DNA of 64,000 bases from a bacterium (GCA_018663245.1 JABJEI010000012.1:9122-73121), one strand, 5' to 3'. Shown: positions 18,818-29,386, numbered from the stretch's first letter. A program made the numbers and translations. Notes: generated by a model from the letters alone, not told the origin.

Positions 18818-20464
18818 ATGAATAATCAAATTAAAAAAATAAAATACATTGTCGTAACCGGTGGTGTGATCTCAGGCATCGGAAAAGGAATCGCAGCTGC
18901 ATCCATTGGAAGCTTGCTATGCGATACTTTTAAAGTTGTACCGGTCAAATGTGACGGCTATCTCAATACCGACCCCGGAACCATGAATCCTATCGAGCAT
19001 GGCGAGGTTTTTGTGCTTGATGATGGTGGCGAAGTCGACATGGACTTTGGTCACTACGAGCGCTTCCTCAACATATCGGCTAAGGCCAACTGGAACCTCA
19101 CAATGGGCAAGGTGTTCAAGCAGATTCTTGATCGTGAACGCCGTGGTGATTTTTTGGGCAAGACGGTTCAATTTGTTCCTCATGTAACCCAAGAAATCAA
19201 AGATTGGATACAGGGAATAGCCAACAACGAACAGCCTGATGTAATGCTTATTGAAGTTGGTGGAACGGTCGGAGACCTTGAAAACCAATTTTATCTCGAG
19301 GCAATCAGACAGCTTGGTCGCGAAGTTGGCCGCCAAAATATGCTCCATGTACACCTAACTTACGTACCTATTCCAAGTGGCGTTGGTGAACAAAAAACCA
19401 AACCCACTCAAATGTCGGTAAGACTTCTTAACGAAAAAGGAATCGAACCGGACATTATCATTGGACGTTGTTCAGAATTTTTGACCCCCACAGTTAAAGC
19501 AAAAATAGCCTCATACTGCAACGTTAACCCTGATTCAGTTATCTCAGGTATAGATGTTGACTGTATTTACGAGGTTCCCCTTGTTTTTGCCAAAGAAGGA
19601 ATTGCTAAAGCAATATCCAGTCGTCTTGACCTAAAAATCAACGAGCCTTCACCAGAATGGCGCTCGTGGGTAAAAACGCTAAAAGATAATCGCAAAAATA
19701 TTGATCGATCAATTACCATAGCCTTATGCGGAAAGTACACCGCACTCGAAGACTCTTACGCATCGATCATTGAAGCCCTACAACACTGCCAAGCAACAAT
19801 CGACTGCAACATTAACCTAAGATGGATCGAAACAACCAGCATAGAATCGAACAAAGGTGCTCCAACTCGCCTCATGGAAGGCGTACATGGTATCATCGTG
19901 CCTGGCGGATTTGGAACTCGTGGAACTGAAGGTAAAATTGAGATAATTAATTATGCTCGTAAGCACAAGATTCCTTTCTTGGGAATATGCTACGGCATGC
20001 AGCTAGCAGTAATCGAATTTGCTCGTAACGTCTGCGGTCTAACCGACGCTAACACAAACGAAGTCGCAGAAGATGGCACAAAGCTTGAGCATCCTGTTGT
20101 CGCCATTCTACCTAGCCAGCAAGGAGTTACCGATAAAGGTGGCACTATGCGTCTGGGCGGGCACAACGTAGCAATCACACCCGGTACCAAAGCCTACGAC
20201 CTGTTTGATGAGCAATCAACTGTTAGAAGACGATTCCGTCACCGCTACGAGATTAATCCGGCCTATATTGCAAAACTTGAGTCTGCTGGGTTATTATTTT
20301 CTGGTAAGACACCTGACGGGAGTATCATGCAGATGGTTGAGTTGCCAGATCACCCTTACTTTGTGGCAAGCCAATTCCACCCTGAGCTGACTAGCTCATT
20401 GCATAAACCGTCGCCCATGTTTGCTGGACTTATCAAAGCCGCACTAAAATTTAAGCAGGCATAA
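18818..20464 (+). CDS. pyrG: CTP synthase
   Basis: TGGVISGIGKG, DPGTMNP..HGEVFV, GICYGMQ, RHRYE, QFHPE. Confidence 0.98.
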   Translation: MNNQIKKIKYIVVTGGVISGIGKGIAAASIGSLLCDTFKVVPVKCDGYLNTDPGTMNPIEHGEVFVLDDGGEVDMDFGHYERFLNISAKANWNLTMGKVFKQILDRERRGDFLGKTVQFVPHVTQEIKDWIQGIANNEQPDVMLIEVGGTVGDLENQFYLEAIRQLGREVGRQNMLHVHLTYVPIPSGVGEQKTKPTQMSVRLLNEKGIEPDIIIGRCSEFLTPTVKAKIASYCNVNPDSVISGIDVDCIYEVPLVFAKEGIAKAISSRLDLKINEPSPEWRSWVKTLKDNRKNIDRSITIALCGKYTALEDSYASIIEALQHCQATIDCNINLRWIETTSIESNKGAPTRLMEGVHGIIVPGGFGTRGTEGKIEIINYARKHKIPFLGICYGMQLAVIEFARNVCGLTDANTNEVAEDGTKLEHPVVAILPSQQGVTDKGGTMRLGGHNVAITPGTKAYDLFDEQSTVRRRFRHRYEINPAYIAKLESAGLLFSGKTPDGSIMQMVELPDHPYFVASQFHPELTSSLHKPSPMFAGLIKAALKFKQA

Positions 20465-20491
20465 TTAACTAAAAATGGGACAAGGTTAAGA

Positions 20492-20887
20492 ATGATTAAA
20501 ATTCATGTGCCTTTTTATTTTTTAATATCTCTGCTTCTTTTTGCGCCTCTGCAAGGCGTCAGCCCAACAAAATTCACAGAAATTTCTGATTCTAAAGCAT
20601 TAAAAATAATGGAAACTATAGCAACCCAGGTTTTGGCTCTGAGAAAAGGTCGCTTTGGCAACGTCATCGCAATTGAAAACCAAATGAGCAAATTACTTTT
20701 ATATACAAGCAAAAATGTAGAAAAACGTACAGCAACTCATTGTAGTATATATTCAGACCTGGATAAATTAAAAATTCCAAAACAGTTTCCTGACTTAATA
20801 AAGCTACAAAATGCTGCACGCTATAATCACCTTGTACTATTTAACCGTTTTGAGTCTGCTGACCTGAAAATGCGGCGTAATGAATAA
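20492..20887 (+). CDS. Secreted hypothetical protein (paralog of 20880..21398)
   Basis: Signal peptide; shared ISD..A..I, KR...H...Y.DLD, AR.N....F..FE. Confidence 0.7.
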   Translation: MIKIHVPFYFLISLLLFAPLQGVSPTKFTEISDSKALKIMETIATQVLALRKGRFGNVIAIENQMSKLLLYTSKNVEKRTATHCSIYSDLDKLKIPKQFPDLIKLQNAARYNHLVLFNRFESADLKMRRNE

Positions 20888-21398
20888 AAAACTCTCCATG
20901 CAAACTCTATTTAGTCTTTTAGTGGCCATATCTGTTTTTGCATCAATGCAAACAATCGGTCCCACATACGACCATAAAAACAACTTGTCCATCTCTGACT
21001 ACCAAGCGCAAGAACTTATCGAATACATAAAAAGTGATGTAACAGAGATAACTTTTGCACAACCCCATGCCAAGGATTTGCACTATCAAATCTTAAGCCA
21101 AAACCCTTTCACGATAAGACAAAACCTTAAAAAGCTACGTGCGTATGAATGTAGAAATAAGAAAAAGCGAGCATCCGTACATAGAAAATTATACCTAGAT
21201 CTTGATAGCTGCATACAAACGCTCAATCAATCAGACAGAAGATGGGATCTATTAAAAAGTAATATTTTAATGGCACGCCATAATCAGTTACAGATTTTTG
21301 AAACTTTTGAATTCATTAACCAAAAAACAGTGTCTAATCAAAACCTCACAACGACAACTCGATCAAATGTAAGTAGACTGATACGCACACAACTTTAA
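20880..21398 (+). CDS. Secreted hypothetical protein (paralog of 20492..20887)
   Basis: Signal peptide; same shared motifs; overlapping start. Confidence 0.7.
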   Translation: MNKKLSMQTLFSLLVAISVFASMQTIGPTYDHKNNLSISDYQAQELIEYIKSDVTEITFAQPHAKDLHYQILSQNPFTIRQNLKKLRAYECRNKKKRASVHRKLYLDLDSCIQTLNQSDRRWDLLKSNILMARHNQLQIFETFEFINQKTVSNQNLTTTTRSNVSRLIRTQL

Positions 21399-21427
21399 AA
21401 AAGTAATCAACCAGTGATTAGGATGGC

Positions 21428-22027
21428 ATGATTAGTTATCTTGAAGGTACAGTATCGCACTCTGAGCATGACAATATTACCGTTCTGGTGAATGGCGTTG
21501 GGTACCGAGTCGGCATTGCCCAACCACACGGTTATGGCACACAACAACCTATCAAGATATTTATACATACTCACTGGCACCAAGATAACGGCCCCGCACT
21601 CTTTGGCTTTAAGCAACTTGAAGAAAAAAAACTGTTTGAGTCGCTCATTAGCTGCTCAGGAATTGGCCCCAAAATGGCCTTAGGTGTTCTTTCTGAATTC
21701 GCCCCTGCCGCTTGTATTGAGCTAGTTCAGGCAGGTGACGTCAAAGCGCTAAGCCGAGTAAGCGGAATTGGAGCCAAAAAAGCAGAGCACATCATCGTAC
21801 AACTGCGACCAAAAGTTGCCAAACTTCTGGACTCAGGCCTCGCCTTTGCAGGAGACGCCAACCTCAAAAACATTCGCCAACTGGGCCAGGTACTTACCTC
21901 TCTCAACTATTCACGCCAAGAGATCTTGGGCGCTACGCAGTACGTTCAAGAAGAATTTAGAGAAACGCAGGCAACCTTTGATATCCTCATGCGCAAAGCC
22001 CTTGCCTACCTCGCACACAAAATTTAA
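21428..22027 (+). CDS. ruvA: Holliday junction branch migration protein RuvA
   Basis: MISYLEG..VNGVGY..LFGF, HhH SGIGPKMA and SGIGAKKA. Confidence 0.95.
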   Translation: MISYLEGTVSHSEHDNITVLVNGVGYRVGIAQPHGYGTQQPIKIFIHTHWHQDNGPALFGFKQLEEKKLFESLISCSGIGPKMALGVLSEFAPAACIELVQAGDVKALSRVSGIGAKKAEHIIVQLRPKVAKLLDSGLAFAGDANLKNIRQLGQVLTSLNYSRQEILGATQYVQEEFRETQATFDILMRKALAYLAHKI

Positions 22028-22030
22028 TTT

Positions 22031-22165
22031 TGCTTCAAACAGTTCTGCTAATAATGAAGACTTTTAGAAACTTTCTTTGTACGCAACTTTCCGATTGCCC
22101 CTGCATGCCCTTCGTAGCTTTAGCAAAGTAGGGTCAGCCCCGGCCTTAAAAGAGGATCCAGGACT
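22031..22165 (+). repeat. Composite palindromic element (locus R3)
   Basis: GCTTCAAACAGTTCTGCTAATAATGAA..TAGAAACTT shared with 48508-48549 and rc 36335-36374; hairpin unit 22098-22133; degenerate GTCAGCCCCGG..GGATCCAG arm. Confidence 0.85.
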
Positions 22166-22307
22166 CAAAACCTTCACCCCTACGACCTTATTTAAGCTCT
22201 ATCCGCATTACGCTCTAGCTTAACCTATACGAGGCTACACCACGATTTAGCCCAATTCGCAAATATAAGCCCATTTTACCATACATTAGCCATATAAGTA
22301 TTTCTTA

Positions 22308-22335
22308 TTGACATTATTTTAATTACTGATAGAAT
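22308..22335 (+). promoter_or_regulatory. Sigma70-type promoter
   Basis: TTGACA-16 bp-TAGAAT with TG extended -10. Confidence 0.5.
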
Positions 22336-22372
22336 AAAGAATGACAATAGGAGCATTAAATGGGATGTAAAA

Positions 22373-24364
22373 ATGAATATAAAAAACTTACTTTCAAAGC
22401 TCTTACTCGCTGCAACCTTGCTCACAGCCATATCGTCGCAAGCTGCGGTACAGATAGTTGATAATAGCGTAGTAATTGATGGCGTAAAGATCACCTCACA
22501 TAACATCACAGATATACACAACTCTAGTCTTTATGGCACTTTACAAGCATACCCTGCCCATACTAAGCAGCTAATCTCATGTGTCACCAAAGACAATATC
22601 ATAAATATTGACTACTTTATTATCTCAAAAATTATACAAGCAGGCCCAGCTTATACTAAACAGCTCATCTCGTGTATAACCAAAGATAATATCTCAAAAA
22701 TACCTTGGTATGTTATTACGGATATCATCAACAAATACCCTTATTGTGCTAAGCAGCTTGCCTCACACATTAATAAAGATAATTTCAAGTCTATAAGTTT
22801 CTACATTATTGGTAGTATTCTCATATTGGAGCCAGCCTCCGCTAAACGGCTCGCCTCATACATCACCAGAGACAATATTACAGAAATACAAAGCCCTATA
22901 CTCTTAGAGATTGTCAAAGCATACCCAGCTTGCGCTCAACAACTCGCATCATACATTACTAAAGACAACTTCAAGTCTATAAGTGCCCCCATTAAAGGAA
23001 GCACAAATTCAACAATTTGTAGCATTCTCAGATTTAAGCCAGCCTTCGCTAAACAGCTCGCCTCATACATAACCAGAGACAATATCTCAAAAATACCTTG
23101 GTATGTTATTTCGGATATCATCGTAAGATACCCTTATTGTGCTAGAAGGCTCGCCTCGTGCATTACTAAAGACAACATTGCTGAACTAAACAACCAAGTG
23201 ATATCTCATATATATAAATATTTATCGCCAACAGAGCAAAAGATTCTCATTAAAACTATCGAACAGGCCTACCCAAGGCTACATGAACAAGCAACACGTC
23301 TAGAAAACTATATCTTTAGCAACTGTGACAGCCCGCTTTGGGCTCTTAAAAATGCATGCCTGTCTAAAACAGGACAAAGCGAACAACACTACAAAAAGCA
23401 CCCCGGCAACCCACTATTAAATATGCACGGTCAATCATTTAAAAAAATCTGCCTACCAACACCTGTTAGGCTTATGCTGATCAATCTCGTACGTAAAGAA
23501 CGGACTGAACAAAGCAAGGGCCGATACACCCTAATCCATTCACAAAAAAATAGCTGGACGTTGCGCTCCGACATTTTTAAGGGATTGATTGAACTAATTA
23601 TAAAACAACCTATCGGCAACTATCACTTCCTACGATTCAAAGCTGATGATTGTACACACCACACGTTTAGCATGCCACTAAATCAACTCGATCATCCAGA
23701 CGAAGATCATATGATATTTATGAACCATGCTTTGCATGGAAACACAGATCAATCAGGTGAGTCATCTTTTAGCTATTTTGTTCGCAATAAAAACTGCCAA
23801 GATAACCACAGACCCCTGAAGGAACTGTTTGCCAGTTTTGGTATGAGCCATTATTACAAAAAATATAAAACTGGCTTTGAACGGCTAGAAAAAATGACCA
23901 ATGAGAGTAACTATGGATCACTTCTGCTGTTCTCATTCACGCCAAAGTTACTCAAAAAGTCAACTCACGTATCAGCACCAGAAGGCTACAAACGAACAGT
24001 CTATGTCAACTGGCACGAAACTGACAACATCATCACGATTATGGATGCACTTCGCAACAATGCCAATCAAGTAACAGATGATAACCACCTTCAATACTTC
24101 GCCATTCTTAATGACCTAGAAGATGGGTTGCTAAACCCTTGGAACAAGGGCGTGCGAATGTACACCTACTGCCCCGCACAAACAGCAAAATATAGACGAC
24201 TTCTAAGAAAGCTATTTCAAAATATCGCAAAAGATATTGCTGCTAACAATGACGACCTGAGTACCGCACACAAGGCCATACTCAAACTATATCCCTGGAA
24301 GCAACCAAACCGATTTAAAAAAATAATATCACAATCAATACACTATTTGCGCAGCAAGCTTTAA
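22373..24364 (+). CDS. Secreted protein with ~7.5 copies of a 31-aa repeat and a conserved C-terminal domain
   Basis: Signal peptide; repeat ITKDNI.....I..I....P..AKQLAS; C-terminal half homologous to 24552..26189. Confidence 0.85.
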   Translation: MNIKNLLSKLLLAATLLTAISSQAAVQIVDNSVVIDGVKITSHNITDIHNSSLYGTLQAYPAHTKQLISCVTKDNIINIDYFIISKIIQAGPAYTKQLISCITKDNISKIPWYVITDIINKYPYCAKQLASHINKDNFKSISFYIIGSILILEPASAKRLASYITRDNITEIQSPILLEIVKAYPACAQQLASYITKDNFKSISAPIKGSTNSTICSILRFKPAFAKQLASYITRDNISKIPWYVISDIIVRYPYCARRLASCITKDNIAELNNQVISHIYKYLSPTEQKILIKTIEQAYPRLHEQATRLENYIFSNCDSPLWALKNACLSKTGQSEQHYKKHPGNPLLNMHGQSFKKICLPTPVRLMLINLVRKERTEQSKGRYTLIHSQKNSWTLRSDIFKGLIELIIKQPIGNYHFLRFKADDCTHHTFSMPLNQLDHPDEDHMIFMNHALHGNTDQSGESSFSYFVRNKNCQDNHRPLKELFASFGMSHYYKKYKTGFERLEKMTNESNYGSLLLFSFTPKLLKKSTHVSAPEGYKRTVYVNWHETDNIITIMDALRNNANQVTDDNHLQYFAILNDLEDGLLNPWNKGVRMYTYCPAQTAKYRRLLRKLFQNIAKDIAANNDDLSTAHKAILKLYPWKQPNRFKKIISQSIHYLRSKL

Positions 24365-24551
24365 ATAAGCGTCAAACAATACCCATCCAGATTCGTTCTT
24401 CAAATTAAGCCCTGACTCTACCTGTTTTCATACTACCCACGCACAATTACAAATCATTTCAGATAGGCGATCTTCTGCTTTTATTTACTTTTTTATTATT
24501 TGTGATAGTTTAAATAGTAATAACATTGATAGTCCAATTTGGGGGTACTTC

Positions 24552-26189
24552 ATGATTGTTCATAAAAAAATTCTAGCTTATAGCCTGTTTTTCTTAGGTT
24601 TACTGGGTGTCCAACAGACACTTCTTGGAGACTTCTGGGTATCTAATGGCCACTTATTCTCTGACTTTATAAACGTCACATCCGATAATATTTTGGATCT
24701 TACAGATTCATGTGATGATGTTCCCAACGCTGTTTGCGCACAATACCTGACTCGATGTATAACCTCAGACAATATCTCTGATCTATCACGAAGTACATAC
24801 ATAATAGAACATATACTAGAAGTAGATCCTGACTGCGCTCAACAACTTACCCGATGCATAACTCTAGAAAACATCACTGAGATTAATAGCAATATTCTTT
24901 CCGAAATTATCAAACAAGACCCTGATTGCTCCAAACAACTTACCCAATTCATAACCCTAGAAAATATCACTGAAATTAATAGCGATATTGTTTCCGAAAT
25001 ATTAAAAGCTGATCCAACAAGTTCAGCCCAATTTATGGTCAAAAACATTAAAGAGCTGCCAAGCGAAGTAATCATTGCTGCCTGTACGGCCCTAACACCG
25101 ATAGCCAGGACAATTGTCACCAGGGCCATTCAACAGGCATGTCAAGACGCTCCTAAGTGCGAATCTATCATGGAGAACGCCATTCACAACTTCTCTCTCA
25201 ATAAATTAGCTCAGCATTTTGGGTATACACCCTGCTCTGCAACCAACACACCCTACAATCAACTTAGTGAGCAACATTTCAGTAAAAACATACTCAACTC
25301 TAGCGAAAATCAACTGACCGAATCACCTATTCCGCTACCAGTTAAATTGACGTTGATCCAGCTTATACGCAAAGAACGGACTGAACAAAGCAAAGGCCGC
25401 TATACCCTGCTACATGCACAAAAAACTGGCTGGACCCTGCGTGCAGATATTTTTAAACGATTGATTGAACTCGTTTCTGGGCGATCAATAGGTGACTACC
25501 ACTGCCTGCGCTTCCGAGCAGCTGATTGCACACACCACTCATTTGATGTTCCCTGTAAAGACTTTGACTCTCCCGACCAAGACCACCTGATTTTTATGAA
25601 TCATGCCCTGTTCGGCAACTCAGACTATTGGCGCGGCGAATCCTCCCTAGCTTACTTTTTAAACAACGCAAATGTATGTAGTGACTGCAAGCCTCTCAAA
25701 GAGTTGTTTAGCGAGTTCGGTCTTGATAATCATTACGATAAATACAAAGAACGTTTTGATCAGTTAGATACCATGCTTCAAAGCGATTTTGGATCTCTTT
25801 TACTGTTTTCGTTCACACCTGAGCAACTAAACAAATCTGTATACATATCACACCCGTGTGGCTACAAACGAACTGCAATTATAAGTGGATGTGAGACAAA
25901 CTGCGTTAGCGAACTTCTAGACACACTACGAACCGATGCAAATCGGGTACTTGATGACAACCATCTTGTCTACTGCGGAATTCTAAATGACCGAGAAGAT
26001 GGATTGTTGAACCCATGGAATCTTGGCATGCGGACCTACACATTCTGCCCAGCACAAACAGCCGCATATCGACAGCTTATGGATGATACTTTCAATGATA
26101 TTGCGCGTGATATTATTATCAAACAAACCTACATGCACACAGCGCACCAAGCTGCACAACAACTCTACCCGTTTGCATGCTTCGCTTAA
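24552..26189 (+). CDS. Secreted 31-aa-repeat protein, paralog of 22373..24364
   Basis: Repeats ITLENITEINS.I.SEI....P; shared RKERTEQSKGRYTL.H, DCTHH, IFMNHAL.GN, GESS, DGLLNPWN. Confidence 0.85.
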   Translation: MIVHKKILAYSLFFLGLLGVQQTLLGDFWVSNGHLFSDFINVTSDNILDLTDSCDDVPNAVCAQYLTRCITSDNISDLSRSTYIIEHILEVDPDCAQQLTRCITLENITEINSNILSEIIKQDPDCSKQLTQFITLENITEINSDIVSEILKADPTSSAQFMVKNIKELPSEVIIAACTALTPIARTIVTRAIQQACQDAPKCESIMENAIHNFSLNKLAQHFGYTPCSATNTPYNQLSEQHFSKNILNSSENQLTESPIPLPVKLTLIQLIRKERTEQSKGRYTLLHAQKTGWTLRADIFKRLIELVSGRSIGDYHCLRFRAADCTHHSFDVPCKDFDSPDQDHLIFMNHALFGNSDYWRGESSLAYFLNNANVCSDCKPLKELFSEFGLDNHYDKYKERFDQLDTMLQSDFGSLLLFSFTPEQLNKSVYISHPCGYKRTAIISGCETNCVSELLDTLRTDANRVLDDNHLVYCGILNDREDGLLNPWNLGMRTYTFCPAQTAAYRQLMDDTFNDIARDIIIKQTYMHTAHQAAQQLYPFACFA

Positions 26190-26396
26190 ATACATAAAAT
26201 CATAGCGTCTAGCACAATCTTGGAGATCTCTGGTAAATATAAGCCGGAGGTCTCCTTCTTTTTTGCTATGGAGCCACTCCTGGCCAAATAGTCTAAAAAA
26301 CTACTTGTATCTAAAATAAAAACAAAAAATTACACAATTCTTCGTACACTTTGGTATAATTGAGCCATATTATAAACGAAGCTCAAGGTAGGCGAC

Positions 26397-27053
26397 ATGC
26401 TCAATAAATTATTTTATAAAACAACTTTGCTTATCTTAGCTGCACTAACAACGATTGTTGTACATACCGGCCCAGAAGAAAATGCGGCCCTACTTAAAGC
26501 TGCTTCCGACGATTTTAGCCTAAAAGGTGTAAAAAAAGCCCTCTCAGATGGCGCCGATATAAATGCTACAGACGAATACAACCGAACAGCACTACAGATA
26601 AGTTTATATCGACACAGTCTCAAAATTCAAACAGATAGCGCGCTAGAAATTGCTCAATGCCTCATCAAAAATGGCGCCAAAATTGACACCATGAACAAAT
26701 GGGGTTGGCCACCACTTGATGAATACCAAAAACCTCAAGTTCTACAAAAAAATGATGTGGATAAATGTAATAAATTGCTACAAGCGGTTAGAAATGGAAA
26801 TCTTGCAAAAAGCCAGCTTTTGATCAAAGCCGGAATAGATTCAAACTCCAAAGATAAAAATAGCGGCGATACTCTGCTTCACATCGCTGCAGAAAATGGC
26901 GATTCACAGCTGGTCAGCTACCTACTAAACCACGGTGCAAAAAACACAACTAATGCTAAAGGTTGGCTGCCATTTGAAAGAGCTGTTTTAAACGGTCACC
27001 GCACAACAGGTAACATTATTCTACAGTACAGGCCACTAAAAACAGACTCTTAG
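26397..27053 (+). CDS. Secreted ankyrin-repeat protein
   Basis: GADINATDEYNRTALQ, SGDTLLHIAAENG. Confidence 0.85.
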   Translation: MLNKLFYKTTLLILAALTTIVVHTGPEENAALLKAASDDFSLKGVKKALSDGADINATDEYNRTALQISLYRHSLKIQTDSALEIAQCLIKNGAKIDTMNKWGWPPLDEYQKPQVLQKNDVDKCNKLLQAVRNGNLAKSQLLIKAGIDSNSKDKNSGDTLLHIAAENGDSQLVSYLLNHGAKNTTNAKGWLPFERAVLNGHRTTGNIILQYRPLKTDS

Positions 27054-29269
27054 CCTGTTGCTTGCTGCTTACTAAGCTCATTGTGTACAACCAAAGACAC
27101 ATTGCGTATACGGTAGCGTTCAAAGCCAAGCTCAATGATCTTGTCGATCATGTCCATTGGGCGCATACCAACCTCAGCCGATTGATGGAATAAACAGGTA
27201 GCAGGCGTAAGAGCCGGAAGCGTGTTAATTTCTAAAATAACAATTCGCTCTTTGCCTGTTGGGCTCAGCTCAGCTGTCTGGTAAAAACAATCGACACGCG
27301 AATATCCTGAAGCTTGAATAGCCTTAAATACATCTGCGGCAATCTGTTGAACCAATTTTGTCGCACCTTCAGAAAGTGGTGCAGGGGTCAGATTTTTGCC
27401 TTGCCCGGGTAAAAACTTCTCCTTCATTGTCAAGAAGTCTGATTCGGCAAACGTTTGGGTTGGAGGCAACACTCTAACAGTATCATTACCTAGCACACCA
27501 ACCGAAAGCTCCATACCAACAATACACTCTTCAACCAAAGCTATTCGACCATGGAGATGAATATCGCTCAACGCTTTTTCAAGATCTTTTTTATTGCTCG
27601 CTTTGCCAAGCATCACACTACAACCATCATTGTGAGGCTTAACAATAACTGGCCACCCAAGCTCGGCTTCTACCCGTTGTAAGGTATCTTCTTTTTGCTT
27701 TGCCCAGTCCTGAGCGGTTACGATAAATCCCTTTGGAACCTCAAAGCCTCGAGCTCGTAAAAACCTGTTTGTCTTGTACTTATCCATGCACAATGAACTT
27801 GCCAATATTCCTGGCCCATTGTAAGGAAGGCCCATCATCTCAAGCATTCCTTGTACGGAACCATCCTCGCCCTTGCCACCATGCAGTCCAATAAAAACAA
27901 AGTCACATAATGTTGGTAGATCAGCCCACTTTATCTGCATGTCAGGCTCAAGAAAGGCCTCAATTTCAGGTGTTGCATTTTTTACCAATAACGCCTGATT
28001 AATTTTGTGCGGATTAAAGTTACTATCAACAAAAATAGGCACCGCTTGGTACTTATTGGGTGATAATTTATAGACAACGTTGCGACCAGAGTCTAACGAA
28101 ACTTCTCGCTCGCTGGAATTGCCGCCCATCAAAACAGCTACCCTAATCTTGCTACCTGCGACTTTACGATCGTTCATAGGTTCCCCATTCTTGGTTAACA
28201 TTCCCAAGGCATTCAGATCTGTTTTGATTATGTGATTAATAAAATCGGAATGGCTCATCCCACGTTGAGCTGCCTGTAAAAAAGTAAAACTTGAAGGTGT
28301 CATACCTGATAATGTATTCGGGTCAATTACAACAACTCGCCCATCTTTTGTCAAAAAACCATCCACGCGAGCCATGGTCTCTAGTTCTAGCGCACGAGCG
28401 GTTGCAATGCTTACGTCTTGAATACGCGTAATATCTTTGTCAGAGCAACGAGCCGGTGTAAATTTTGTTCCACAACCAGGCATATACTTCTGATCATAAT
28501 CATACATACTACCGTTGTCCTGAGTTACAATCTCAGTTGCTGACAAGGCTACCCAATCATCACCCTGATCATTACGCATAAGAATAGAAGAAAACTCCAT
28601 ACCTTCCAACATCTGTTCAACAACAACCGATTGCCGCATTCGTGGATCAATTCTGTGCGCCTGCAGAATAGCCTTGTGTAAATCTTGTATAGAATTAGTA
28701 ATCTTCACACCAAAACTTGAACCCTCGCTCGAAGGCTTTACCACCAGCGGGAAGTCTAGGTCGTAATCATCAAGCAGCGCTTGTAGTGAAGCCTCATCAT
28801 CCTCAATGCACTTAATCTGTACGCAATCAAGATCTAGCCCCCGAGGGACCTGTATTCCGGCATCCGAGAGAATTTTTTTCTGAAAAATCTTGTCCATAGA
28901 AATAGCACTGGTATACACACCTGAGCCAACGTAGGGTATTCCTAGAACCTCCAACATACCTTGAACCGTTCCATCTTCGGCCCAGCGCCCATGCATTGCT
29001 ATGTAAACGTAATCAACTAACGCCTTCAGGTCATCCCAAACTATCGGGGCTTCCTGCTCAGCAAGTCTATCCTGGAAATCGCTAATCTTACCGCGATGTA
29101 AAAACTGCCAAGGAAGGCAATAAAGAGCTCCGCCTTGCTGCTGAAAAATAGGAACAATCTCATACAGCGAAGTATCGATATGGTCACAAATTGTTCGCCC
29201 AGAATTGAAAGACACTTCCCGCTCCAACGATCGACCACCCATGAGAACGCCGATGCGAAGTTTAGACAT
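27050..29269 (-). CDS. ddl: Tandem (double-domain) D-alanine--D-alanine ligase
   Basis: Two full Ddl units: GGRSLEREVS/HGRWAEDG/SEGSS/DPNTLSG and GGNSSEREVS/HGGKGEDG/NDGCS/EINTLPA; likely start MSKLRIG. Confidence 0.9.
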   Translation of the reverse strand: MSKLRIGVLMGGRSLEREVSFNSGRTICDHIDTSLYEIVPIFQQQGGALYCLPWQFLHRGKISDFQDRLAEQEAPIVWDDLKALVDYVYIAMHGRWAEDGTVQGMLEVLGIPYVGSGVYTSAISMDKIFQKKILSDAGIQVPRGLDLDCVQIKCIEDDEASLQALLDDYDLDFPLVVKPSSEGSSFGVKITNSIQDLHKAILQAHRIDPRMRQSVVVEQMLEGMEFSSILMRNDQGDDWVALSATEIVTQDNGSMYDYDQKYMPGCGTKFTPARCSDKDITRIQDVSIATARALELETMARVDGFLTKDGRVVVIDPNTLSGMTPSSFTFLQAAQRGMSHSDFINHIIKTDLNALGMLTKNGEPMNDRKVAGSKIRVAVLMGGNSSEREVSLDSGRNVVYKLSPNKYQAVPIFVDSNFNPHKINQALLVKNATPEIEAFLEPDMQIKWADLPTLCDFVFIGLHGGKGEDGSVQGMLEMMGLPYNGPGILASSLCMDKYKTNRFLRARGFEVPKGFIVTAQDWAKQKEDTLQRVEAELGWPVIVKPHNDGCSVMLGKASNKKDLEKALSDIHLHGRIALVEECIVGMELSVGVLGNDTVRVLPPTQTFAESDFLTMKEKFLPGQGKNLTPAPLSEGATKLVQQIAADVFKAIQASGYSRVDCFYQTAELSPTGKERIVILEINTLPALTPATCLFHQSAEVGMRPMDMIDKIIELGFERYRIRNVSLVVHNELSKQQATG

Positions 29270-29386
29270 GTTTAACCTTTTTTGCACAGCCAAGATGCGC
29301 TTTCTGTCCATTTACGCGTGGTGTGCTGTTCACGTAAGGACCGTGAACCTAAGTGTATTCATACTCAGATAGGCTGTAAAGCCAGG

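Noticed and set aside
22490-23220. Diversity-generating retroelement template/variable repeat
   Set aside because: Repeats are in-frame protein repeats, differences are not adenine-specific, and no reverse transcriptase is present.
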